DNA from: Aplysia californica
Lineage: Eukaryota
DNA length: 64,000 bases
Reading direction: 5' to 3'
NCBI RefSeq assembly: GCF_000002075.1
Contig: NW_004797401.1
Span: 737,381-801,380, forward strand
Of the stretch, positions 38,344-49,620 are shown one piece after another. Made by a program: the position numbers and the translations under genes. Under the pieces are notes generated by a model, which had not been told where the DNA came from, did not search any database, and was given only the letters and a program-made list of their open reading frames with translations. The stretch's first letter is position 1, and each line of letters opens with the position of its first letter.

Positions 38344-39859
38344 AGCAGACTTCATGAAGAGTCGAACTATATTTGAAGGGATTTTTTTAAAGGATTTATT
38401 AGACTCCGCTCTTATTCGAATCATTTTTCTCATCATGGCAAGTCCATAACCTGCCACGTCACAGAAATGGGGCGAACGTCTTGTGAGTATCGGTCTAGCA
38501 TTGACATCTCACTTAACAGCGCTCGTAGGTTTGGAGTGCTAATGAACCGACTAAAATGGCCCTCAATTTTAAAAAAAAAAGAAATTGTTTCGTAAATGTA
38601 GGAGTTTTGTCCTGGCCTAAAAAAAGTGTTTAAAAAACAAGTGGAATGGAAAAGGTGTCTAGTATTACCTTTTGAAAATGTGACGATCTTCCTTTCCTTT
38701 GTTCTGACGGGTCACACAATTTAGAGCGGAGGGTGGCAGGGGGGTCCAGAGAAAGTAGTGTGATGTCGTATTTTATATCAAGTGTTGGATCAGGAGTAAT
38801 TGTGTATTGTCATATCTCCTGTGGCTGTCGGCCTTTTCGTTTGTTTGAGGTTTTTTATGTGTGGTTGTTGTTTTTGTTTTGATATTTTTTGTCTGTCCTC
38901 TTTTAGTCAAAGCCGACGTTCACACCCAAAGTTCCAGTGAGAGATTCCTGTAGTCACAGAGTATCCTATCTCGCCCCAACTCTTTCTCAAATAAGAACAA
39001 CAAAAACTGTCAGTGAGATTTTTATAGATTATTCAGCTGTATGTTATTAATTTGATTTAACGGACTGAATTAAACAAATTTCCAGTCAGTATTGATCTGA
39101 TCTTTATACGATCGCTGATTACAATCCTATAGCATCCCTAAAATGTATATGTTTGATGGAAAGTCCAGGAAGGGGGAAAGGGTTGCACACTAATTCTTTA
39201 CCTTAACAAACCAATGTGTTCTCTGTTCAGACAGACCAGCTACCGCTCTACGAGTATGTCACCATAATATATGTGTTTTGCCTGTCACGTTATGGTTGTG
39301 TTACAGACAGACATCTATTCTGCCAAAATGTTCATCAACGCACTGGGGAGTTGTTGCTAACTGGCAATAAGGTAGAAGGTTGACGCAAAGAGGTCGATGC
39401 GGCGGAAGGTGGGGGGGGGGCTCTAGAACTCAAAGAATGGCTGGTTCAGCAACGTTCCCAGCATTAAGTTCTGAACTTTTCAGGACTGCGAAAACTATGG
39501 ATTTCAATTTGGATACCCTATAAGAAATTTTTTAATCAAAATGTACGTAGTTTCTTTGCTAAGTGTTCATGGGAAATATTCCAAAAAGCTTTTCAGGTCA
39601 ATACGGTTGTATCATTAGTGTAAAAGATCGAAAAGCTCCCACGGGGGCTCTTAAGACGAGAAGCTTCGCGAGAACTGACAGAACACCAGACATCGGCAGG
39701 ACACACGTGACAGAAGGACCTGTGGTCATCCTCCCACGTCGGCTGGAGGAGGTCTTTTTGAGAACTGAGATCACTGCACAATCAGTGTCAACAACAAAGG
39801 TCCAAACTTCGAAAATACCCCCCTCTCCGCATACATTCCCCCTCTCAACAAGACAAATC

Positions 39860-40088
39860 CTGCTTCACAAATTAAAAAGTATACAATATGTTGGTCATAT
39901 AAAACGCCACCAGACCATTATGAAAGATATACACGAAGGCAAGTTGTGGGGCAAAAGGGCCAGAATGAACAAGAACAATGTGTACGGATAACACCAGAGA
40001 GTGAAACGTCAGCTGGCAACCGTAAGCACTGGCAGATCATTTCACGCAAACCTTTGTCTTACAAATGACACTTCAAGGTATCCAGGTA
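39860..40088 (+). mobile_element. RTE LINE 3' end remnant
   Basis: KSIQYVGHIKRHQTIMKDIHEGKLWGKRAR matches the RTE C-terminal YFGHI..R...EGK..GKR motif; short tandem tail CAAGGTA/CAGGTA. Confidence 0.7.
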
Positions 40089-40590
40089 TCCACCCCACCC
40101 CCCTTCTCATTATCTCCAGTAACCCACCCCAAAGCAGCCTACTTATAAGGTTGACTTTCTTCCGGCCAAAATAAACGGAACACTGAATCTTAAAACACAA
40201 AGCAATAATAGCGGTTATCTTATAAAGCTATCTTTTAATTCTATATGAATTTAGGGACCAATATAGCTCAGTCGGACAGAAATGAAGAAAGAGTCCCCAG
40301 TCCCACCATAGGCTACGCCACTTCACCTTTGGTCGGAAGCCACTCGCATATCACAACGTCTCTGTTAATCTTTTCTCTGCATTCACTTTGTAAATCGATC
40401 CTTTCACATCCGTCCTCCCCTCCCCAAACCACGTTGTTGAAAATCATACTTGACACGATGTTGTGGTATAGGATATTATTGTGATACGTATTCTGTGGTG
40501 TCACTCTGTTTTTCTCTTTTTATGGGGGAGGGGTGTCTTGATCGACTTCAACTATGGAAGCACAAACATTTGACATAAAATGGTGAAATA

Positions 40591-40811
40591 GTATCGGTTT
40601 AACGCCCTCATCAACATTTTAAAGTTATTTCATAGGCGGCACCTCCGAATTTAACCTCCATTTCCGAAAGGCAGAGCCAAGGGGTAAATTTATGTAAATT
40701 GCCTTTCCCAAGAACATAACGGCGGATCGAGCACAGGCTCGAACCCCGAGCCCCGAACCTGCAATATCACGATTACGAGCCCGGTAGCCTAGCCACCACG
40801 CTACCGACGCC
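40591..40811 (-). mobile_element. SINE family D (tRNA head + partial CORE + Nin-like segment + short tail)
   Basis: Reverse complement: GGCGTCGGTAGCGTGGTGGCTAGG...GTTATGTTCTTGGGAAAGGCAATTTAC...GCCTTTCGGAAATGGAGGTTAAATTCGGAGG...TGTTGATGAGGGCGTTAAAC. Second copy at 45149-45300. Confidence 0.75.
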
Positions 40812-41040
40812 GACCTTACTTTCTATGACGTATTAAAGATACCCCTTTATGGAATGTACCCTACATTTCCACTATCAAAGAGTTTTGTTGTTTAGCCTCT
40901 GCCTCAAGCTGAAGGCATTTTTTATCAGGATTTGGCCACTAAACTTCTGGAAGATCTTGGGGGTTTAAACTCCTAAATTTCACTTGAGACACCTGACAAA
41001 AGTAAGCCACCTGGAATCAGTGATAATCAAAACTTTTAGT

Positions 41041-41332
41041 AGAGATACTTCAGCACAGCGGAACTCTCCCACCAGAAGAGATACTTCAGCACAGTGGAAC
41101 CCTCCCACCAGAAGAGATACTTCAGCACAGCGGAACCCTCCCACCAGAAGAGATACTTCAGCACAGCGGAACCCTCCCACCAGAACAGATATTTCAGCAC
41201 AGCGGAACCCTCCCACCAGAAGAGATACTTCAGCACAGCGGAACCCTCCCACCAGAAGAGATACTTCAGCACAGCGGAACCCTCCCACCAGAAGAGATAC
41301 TTCAGCACAGTGGAACCCTCCCACCAGAAGAG
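41041..41332. repeat. Minisatellite, 8 x 36 bp (AGAGATACTTCAGCACAGCGGAACCCTCCCACCAGA)
   Basis: Units start at 41041, 41077 ... 41293; contiguous, with no spacers. Confidence 0.95.
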
Positions 41333-41869
41333 CCCACAGACAGTGATGTCAGTTAAGTGATCTCAAATTTTGAAATCTTCATTTCTCTCTGACAAATAAA
41401 GTTTGAACTCGTATGTAGCTTGGGTGGAACAAAAGTTTCTTCCGTGGCCGTTAAAAAAATGTTTTACCTTAGGGATGACTGCTGTGCGCAAAGAAGGTGT
41501 CGCCTTGCCTCTGTTCCAACAGCCGGAGAGTGGGCAGCCCGTTCTCTCACTGTGGTAAGATCATGTGTATTTTGTACGCACGGACGCATCCTTCCAACAA
41601 TGTTCCGTGAACTGTCTACTTTTGAAGAGACTAAAATTAAACTATTGTAAATGTTCGATTTACCTTGACAAAAACCACGCCTAAGAGGAAATAATGTGTA
41701 AAATCTGTTTCTTTTTCTCGAGCTTCATACTCTTGGAGAAAGAGCTATGAGAGCGAGAAGGGGTGAGGACAGGCAGACATACAGAAAAGAAGACAGCAGA
41801 CAGCCTGTAGAAAAGACCGACAGACCTGGCCTGGGAGATGGGGTGGTGACGTACTAAACGTGATTTGTT

Positions 41870-42038
41870 ACTTGTTTTTCTTTTGGTAAGTGTTTTACGG
41901 TGCTTGCAAAGGTCATAAGAGCGCGAAGGATACATTAAACAATTCAGAAAAGAAAATGTTCCGTCTATATCTGGATTCGAACCCAGGACCTATTGAATGA
42001 GAGGCGAACACTGATACCTCTAGACCACGTGAGCCCCC
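41870..42038 (-). mobile_element. SINE family B, internally deleted copy (head fused to tail)
   Basis: Head (GGGGGCTCACGTGGTCTAGAGG...GGTTCGAATCC) followed within ~30 nt by the 3' tail (CGCGCTCTTATGACCTT...CCGTAAAACACTT). Confidence 0.75.
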
Positions 42039-43948
42039 GTTCATAACTGTTGCAAACTTGCACGGTGCATGATTTGTCACCAAGCGATAAATAGAGTTTT
42101 ACATACTCTCATTTTCATATAGTGACATAAACGTAAATCAGAAATTTGAAGATATGTTNNNNNNNNNNNNNNNNNNNNNNNNNNNNNNNNNNNNNNNNNN
42201 NNNNNNNNNNNNNNNNNNNNNNNNNNNNNNNNNNNNNNNNNNNNNNNNNNNNNNNNNNNNNNNNNNNNNNNNNNNNNNNNNNNNNNNNNNNNNNNNNNNN
42301 NNNNNNNNNNNNNNNNNNNNNNNNNNNNNNNNNNNNNNNNNNNNNNNNNNNNNNNNNNNNNNNNNNNNNNNNNNNNNNNNNNNNNNNNNNNNNNNNNNNN
42401 NNNNNNNNNNNNNNNNNNNNNNNNNNNNNNNNNNNNNNNNNNNNNNNNNNNNNNNNNNNNNNNTTTGTTTGATGTGGAATAAACGTCCCTTTCATCCATA
42501 TTGAGGTAGTTTCAGCTGGTCTCTATTGTTTGTAATGCTCACTGAAGATGGTCGACGCTTTTGGTACATCTTGTCTTAACTAGAATAAGAATCTTTACCC
42601 AATGAAGGCGTTTATGGAACCTATCTGTCTAAGCCAAAGAGACTTATCTGTGTGACAATTTTAATAATTTTATGATAGTTTCAGTGTATGAACTACACAC
42701 AGTCCACATTTCATGAAAATCCTCGCACATTTAAGGGTAACGGTTGCAAAAATAGTTAATTTTACATTTATTTTCAGTGCAGACTGCCATCTGAACGTTC
42801 TATAAAGTCATTGAAATAGACTTCGAAATGGCAATTTGTTGCAATTTTTTATGGGTAGCATGGCTTTTTAGCAGAATTGCATGTCTCTGAATCTAACAGA
42901 AGGATATTCTAGTTGAAACTCAGGGAACTACACGAAAGGGTTCTCAGAATAAAGGTTCTACCACAGCAATACATCTGCCACTGCAATAGACAATACCATG
43001 ATCAAAGACAACTGTCAATCTTTTGGGGTGACAGGGATAACTTTGTCAGAGAGCTCTTCAAAACAAGCGGTACCCTCAATACTGAAAAGAATAAAAACGT
43101 CTTCCCCAAGTATCGCGGTAAATATTGTTGTGATGAAAATCACTTTTCCCCAGGGCCCCTTCGACCTACCTTACCTAAAGAAGAAGCCACATGTATTATC
43201 GGCAGACGGAACAACTTTGTGCAGAGCAGGTCTGCTTTTTGTCTACGTTCTGCGCTCCGAATGAAAACAAGAGACGTCAGATTTGGCTCCCCACTTCCCT
43301 TTTCTCTCACCTTCCCCTTCCCGTCCTTTCCTCGCCTTTAAACCCATCGGTGTCAACATGATGCTCGTTCTACCTCTCCGTTTGTCACTCCGCTGTTGGT
43401 GTCAACAAAGTACAACTCTATACAGGACTAGCTAAGATCGAAATTTCCCGTCTCTGCCCCCTTTCCCTCGTAGATCAACTTGAGATCAGTCTTATAAAAA
43501 CAAGAAAATCATTAAAATAGCAGCGGCAGCCTTGACCAAACCACGGCATCACATTAAAACTTGTTAAAATGGAAATTTGAAAATGATGTTTAAATTAAAT
43601 ACAGTTGGGTTTTTTTCTGAAAGACTAATTAATTGTATGGCTTTCAAGACGCCTGGTGGATCCCTATAAAATAGTTCGTTTATTTATTGTTCATACGATA
43701 GTTTCTTTTCGTGCCACCCGTAGCTATAATATCAGCTTATCCGCGCCCGTGAGCTGACTCCGTGGGGTTTTTTTTATTCAAACGTTGTAAATTCGATTCT
43801 CGCGGGAGAGGGGGGGGTCATTTCATTAAGCACCCCGGCTGCCGTATACTGTATGCCGTTCAGCCCGAATTGCTTCTCACAGCAGAATTGAGACAGGTCA
43901 CCTCCGCATTGATTATCATTTTCTCATTGGGAGCCTTTAACGTGTACA

Positions 43949-44450
43949 GGGGTCTCTCGTGGCCTAGAGGTTAAGGTGTTCGCCTTTCATACTGAGGTCC
44001 CGGGTTCGGATCCGCTAGCGACGGAAATCGGTTTTTTTAATATAAAATTGTCTCCTTTCACCTCTTTTTCTGCTCTCTAGCAATGTTCTGTCGTCTGCTT
44101 TGGTCTCCACTTTCTGACTGCACCCCCTCACCTCCTTTGCCCCCTCCTCTGGGCTCCTGACTCTTTCTACGGCCTTTCTGCTGCTACTTCTTGACTCCTT
44201 CTTACTGTTCTCTTTCAGCCTTATCCCTGATCTTCTGGTAGGAAAGATCTACACCTGGCCTTCTCGGATAAGAACGAAAAATCTCAGAGGTCTGGTGAGA
44301 AAGTGGCGCTCGTCAATGATCCCTTGGTGGTCTAAAATCGATAAGAGTAGGCTTCGGCAAAATTCAACATTTCCTACCCACTGAAAATGTTCAATGTGTG
44401 TCCTGTGCGCTCATATAACTTTGTGCAGTTGCAAGCGCCGTAAAACACTT
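43949..44450 (+). mobile_element. SINE family B, full length
   Basis: Colinear with 35761-36290. Confidence 0.85.
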
Positions 44451-44755
44451 TTTTTTAAAGTTTGTTATAGATCGTTCGTTTACTACTAAAGAACATTGCA
44501 CGATAACCACCAGCTCTGAAACGCAGCACTTTGACTGCCCATGGACATTTTAATCTCTAATGTTAGATCTATCGATTGGTCGTGACTGTTGGTGATGATA
44601 GATAAATGAGTATATTGCTTGAGGGCCAGGAAACTGCTTTGATCTGTATTTTGCTTTATGGAATTATGTACTGTGGGCTTCGTCGGGCGTGCACTCGATC
44701 TCTCCTTATGCGGTTGCTGAAATGGGTAGAGAGGGGGAAGCTTAAGTTCAGAGTT

Positions 44756-45145
44756 GATTTTAGACCACCAAGGCATCTTTAAAAGTGCGCAACTTGCACA
44801 CGGGACCTCCGAGATTTTTCGCCCTTGTCCGAGAAGGCTAGGTGTTGATCTTACCTTCCACAAGATCAGGGGTGTGGGTGAAAGACAGCAGTAAGAAGGA
44901 GTCAGGGAGAAGCAGTAGAAAGGCTGCAGAAACAATCAGGAGTCCAGAAGAGGGGGCAAAGGTGGTGAGGAGGTGGGGGCAGAATGTGGAGACAAAAGCA
45001 GACGACAGAACATTGTAAGCGGGCAGGAAAGAATGTGAACGGAGACAATTTTAGAGAGGAAAATTTTCTGTAGCTTTCCGGATTCAAACCCGGGACCTAT
45101 TGAATGAGAGACGAGCACCGTAACCTCTAGGCCCCAAGAGCCCCC
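44756..45145 (-). mobile_element. SINE family B, 3'-truncated
   Basis: Colinear with family B from the head to GGTGGTCTAAAATC, then similarity stops. Confidence 0.85.
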
Positions 45146-45148
45146 AAA

Positions 45149-45300
45149 GGTCGTCTCCGAAAGAACCTAGCCAAAATGGGAAATTCGTGTACAGTGGCTT
45201 TCCGAAGGACATAACGTGGGGCCGAGCTGAGGCTCGAACCCCCGAATCCGCAATCTCACAATTACAGGTCTGGTCTCCTAACCACTAGACTACCGACGCC
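45149..45300 (-). mobile_element. SINE family D, 3'-truncated copy
   Basis: Shares the GGCGTCGGTAG head and CORE-like segment with 40591-40811. Confidence 0.7.
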
Positions 45301-47043
45301 ACTGTTAACAGCATGGAGCTTTCGCCCATGCCTTGACTTGAACTCCACTTCAATTTGAAGGAGAGTTTCCTTGTTCATCTGAAGACGGATAGTGTTTTAA
45401 AAGACGACTCCGATAAGACGATTACGTTTCTAGTGAGAGAGTCAAACAGGAACTAGGCAGCCGTGAAAATTGTAAGATCTGATGCCAGCCATCATCGAGA
45501 CAGACTCATGGACTGAGCCCTGAAACACATGCAGAGAGAGATCCCTGTTGAAGATGAGCACCCAGAGAAAGAACGGGTAGTCACCTATCAATTCTTCACA
45601 AAGCCTTGGTAACAAAAACGCAGTCATAAACGTCGGCAAACTGTTTAACTAGGCTAAACACAAAAACTCAAATCTTTCAGAAGAGAAAAAAACTGTTTCA
45701 TCCTTCTAACAAACCTAGCTACATTATGCATAATAATTTCTTGCTTTTTTTTTCAACATTTCTAATTTGAATTTCACCCAAACAGTTCCAGAGCACACGT
45801 CTCTGATAACGCAGATCAAGAAACCGCAATAATACTAATATTCTTTTTCGAAAGTTAGAATTTATTACCTCTGAAAAACTGGCCAACATAAACTATGTTG
45901 ACTCACAGCCCCCCCCCCCCCCCCACAATTCCCTCCCCACACCCCCAAAAATAATCCTCACCAACAGTTTACTATGTTCAACTAACAGTGACAGAAGTTA
46001 TTAAACTAAGCTTACAGATTGCTACAGTCTTTTCCTGACATTAAATTGTTTCTAAAGTATTCATTCCAAATATTCCAGGGGCGAGACTGAAAATATGACA
46101 ATTTTTGTATTTGCCTTCCGTACCTTAACAATGCTCTGAACTTATCACTGTAAGTTTCAGTCTACAAAAATTTGCAACTCTTATATTTAACGACTGAAGA
46201 TTAAAAAAACAATGTTGATAAGAAGTTAGAAGTCAATGACAGCTTGTTCTCGATTTTAGATAAGAAGGTACGCCACCCATCTCTTGGAATTGCTCACGAT
46301 AGACAAAGACTTGACAATCTTGCTGTTAGACGCACCTCTCAGCAAAAAGAAGACAGCGAAAACAGAACAATACTTGTTGGCTAAACATTTATGTATTATA
46401 AATTATTGCGGTTTCTATTCACATCCTTACTTACCGAAGCATGTGACTCCAAGGCTGTTGACACGTGCTCTTAGACTTAAACAAGACCATCGTTATATCC
46501 TCAACACAAATAGCGCCTCCTCTTGTCTCCATGTGTAGGACCTCATGCCAGGCTTGTATCTCATTAAGTGCTGTGGAGTGGCTCATCACCTGTAGAATTT
46601 CTCTCTCTGAGGAGAAGATGTTGTGCTTGTTTTGTTTTTCCTCAAACAACGGAACATCCAAAAGCCATACAGAAAATAACTCTTCTAACCATTAACTGCA
46701 CACCTCTTTAATACTGTACAACTTAAGATCATTAGAGGGCATCTTCAACTGAGCGTGAGGACTCTCCCAGACGTGCTGCTGCCTTTACATAATATCATGA
46801 ATATTTTGCCTTCATCTTGACATATCGGCTTAGAGTAAGCAAAGCAAATTAGACTGATGACAGAAAATGACACTGGATTATGCTTGACAAATGCTCTTTG
46901 TTACAAATCATATCTTTACATGACACAAACTTCGTAATCAAATATATACAGCGTATACCTTCGCTACAGCATATATTCCAATACAGACTCGCCCTAGCAA
47001 AACACACATGGTCTGAAAGCTTGCGTTTTGTTTAACACAGAAG

Positions 47044-48087
47044 ATGAATTCCAACTCTACAAACTACAACTTCTTCCAGCTCAGTGGCTCGGTCAGCAGA
47101 GAACAGTATCTCTATTTAAACAATATCTTTGTTATGATCAAGGCAGTCGGACAGCCCACAGCTGCTGTTTGTCTTGCTCTCAGTGCTCTGGCCTTTCTTC
47201 TTGACCGGAAGCGGAATGCAACCACTCTATATTTAGTGACCTTGAACTTGGCTGAGTCGTTTAACTTGACAATGTTGTCTGTGTTCACATTATGTAGGAT
47301 GTCCTCAAGCTGCGAAAAAGGAGTTGTGTACTTTAATGTAAGTTTGTGGCTCGGTGCTTACGTAGGGATCTCGTGTCGCCGAAGTGTCCATGTCTTGAAC
47401 CTCCTCGTTGCGACACAGAGATTCATTGCTATAGCTTTCCCCCTAAGGGCAAAGACTACCTTCTTGCTGAACCACCCACTGCTAACATCTCTTGGCGTTA
47501 TTTTATTTTCTCTCACTATGCACAGCTATTTTGCAATCATGTACGAAGTGTCTGACACTGGCAGCGTTTTGACTGCACTGGGGAAAGAAAATTACGACAT
47601 ATTCAGCAAATTTCAACACGTCATCATGTACCTCTTCATGCACCTTTCTCTCGTCCTCACCGCTGCCGCAAACATCGGAACTACTGTCACACTCGTCCTG
47701 CACAAGCGCAAAATGCGCGGCGTTCGCACCACTCAGAAAACTAGCGGCGCTCGAGAGAAAAACGAACGGTCCATGACCATCATGGTTCTTGTGTGTACCG
47801 GACTATTTGTGTTCATGTACCTCCCAGTCAGCACAAATTTCACCCTTGTAGATCTTCTGCCAGACTACAGTCACCTCTCAAGTGAAGCTTATCTTTTTCT
47901 CACAATCACATCAGCAGCCATGATGTGCCAGGTGCTTGCTGCCCAACTCATCTTCGTCAGCTATATCATACTGAACAAAAACTTCCGGAAAAATCTCCTC
48001 ATGATTCTTTTCACCATCTTCTGTCCTCTCTCCAAGTGCCGCTCGTACGTGTTGGCGTTAAAGCCCAGCAAGAAAGTGAATCCGTGA
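47044..48087 (+). CDS. Single-coding-exon class A (rhodopsin-like) GPCR, putative chemoreceptor, paralog 2 (347 aa)
   Basis: Intact 7TM ORF, roughly two-thirds identical to paralog 1 by eye, with the same motifs. An acceptor-like TTTTGTTTAACACAG ends at 47040, 3 nt before the ATG. Confidence 0.93.
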   Translation: MNSNSTNYNFFQLSGSVSREQYLYLNNIFVMIKAVGQPTAAVCLALSALAFLLDRKRNATTLYLVTLNLAESFNLTMLSVFTLCRMSSSCEKGVVYFNVSLWLGAYVGISCRRSVHVLNLLVATQRFIAIAFPLRAKTTFLLNHPLLTSLGVILFSLTMHSYFAIMYEVSDTGSVLTALGKENYDIFSKFQHVIMYLFMHLSLVLTAAANIGTTVTLVLHKRKMRGVRTTQKTSGAREKNERSMTIMVLVCTGLFVFMYLPVSTNFTLVDLLPDYSHLSSEAYLFLTITSAAMMCQVLAAQLIFVSYIILNKNFRKNLLMILFTIFCPLSKCRSYVLALKPSKKVNP

Positions 48088-49134
48088 GCTCAGAAATTGC
48101 GAAAGCAAAGAATTACTAACTACCGGTTTTTAACCTTGAAAAAGACTAAAGTGTCCAGTATCAAATTGATATGCATCTTTGTCTGCACAATCTCAACCCA
48201 CCTCATGTTTTTAAGACAACTTTTCGAGAAAATAACTGACAGAAACAAGAGAGGGAAAGTAAAGAAGTAGAACCTACCAATGACTCCCTCCTACCACCCA
48301 CCCCAAACTTCAACAATCGCCAGCACTGTAAAACATGTTTAATTAGGTTATCGTCATCCTCACAAGGTAAAAGGTCTTAATGATCCGCAACCCCAAACCG
48401 CTTCCCTGTTTGTATGTGTGAAAGAAAAGCACATCTGTTCATCGACACACCTCCAGCACGCGATATAATCTATACATCAGTCATCAGGCTAGGAGATGGC
48501 ATGCACATCTCGCACCGCATATGAAACTGCGATCCTCCATAATATTATTCTAAGGCCAGATATTTGTGAATAAATGTAATGTGGGCAGGTAGCCGAGCGA
48601 GGTTTGAAAAATCAATCTGTTGTACCTTTTCATGACAAGGTGCGCGTACTGACAGCGGGCAGGAAAGGTGATAAGGCTGATATAATACTCTGGAAAATCT
48701 TAAGAACGTAACTGATAAAACAGATTGATAGAAAAGAGTTGCCAGCACCCAAAGCAGTTAAATGATCCTTATACTTCAAACTGCCGAAAGATCCAAGTTC
48801 TGGATGCTCTGTGAAATCACCCTAACACCATTGGGGCCAGGCCTTGTACACTCAAATATTGACCACTGTAATCCTGGCAGTTAACTGCTCCCCAGCGAGC
48901 GCCGAAACCGCAAATGTACCCCTGCTGGCAGCCAATAGATGAAATGATTCCAGGAACTATGCTGTTATGAGTGTTATCTTTCCTCGTCCTCATGTCCAAA
49001 CAATGGTAAAGCACACTGGCAGTTGAGAACGATAGGAAAGTAGATCGTAAAACAACTTTTATGAGTTCGTTAAGGGTACAACGTTGGACTAGGTTCAATT
49101 CTTAAACAAAAATTATAATAGTTCAAATCTTAAA

Positions 49135-49620
49135 TCTACCTAAGATAAGGTAAGATACATCTTTATTGTCCAGATCCTGGCACATTGGTTTGATGTTTCA
49201 CCACGTACACACATACACACACACGTACACACACATAAACGTGCACACACACGCAGTATGCTTGCACTCACAAACAGGCTTACAACTTACAGTCACATGC
49301 ATAATATAAATGAACAGTAATATAAACAATGACAGTGTTAAGCTAGATACATACTCAGTATTCTGATTGTAACTTAACGGTATTCTGATGCATGCTCTAA
49401 ATTCATACGAATACTTATAACGAGATGATTAAGATGGAAGTAGCTTGATAGGTGGTGGTAAGAATGACCTTCTGTACCTTTCTTAGTTACAAATCAGAAG
49501 CCTATGCCTTTCGTTTCTGACTGATATTTTTTTTTTTTGGGGGGGGGGGAGAACAAGAGGTGTTTATCATCCTAAAAGATGGAATCAATTTTTTTTGGTG
49601 CAAGCTATAATGTATAATTC
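49135..49620 (-). mobile_element. Rex1/Babar (CR1-group) LINE 3' remnant
   Basis: Minus strand ERYRRSFLPPPIKLL (R...SF.P..I.LL C-terminal motif) and 3' end GACAATAAAGATGTATCTTACCTTATCTTA. Confidence 0.55.

Noticed and set aside
41041-41332. CRISPR array (36-bp repeats) or repeat-protein CDS
   Set aside because: Units are contiguous with no unique spacers, there are no cas genes, and the context is eukaryotic. The ORFs arise only because the unit lacks stop codons.
42950-43150. Third GPCR pseudogene (minus strand IFITTIFTAILG...MVLSIAVADVLL)
   Set aside because: Only a TM2-like LAVAD look-alike, with an over-long loop, stops, and no similarity to the two paralogs. Likely chance; blastx would settle it.
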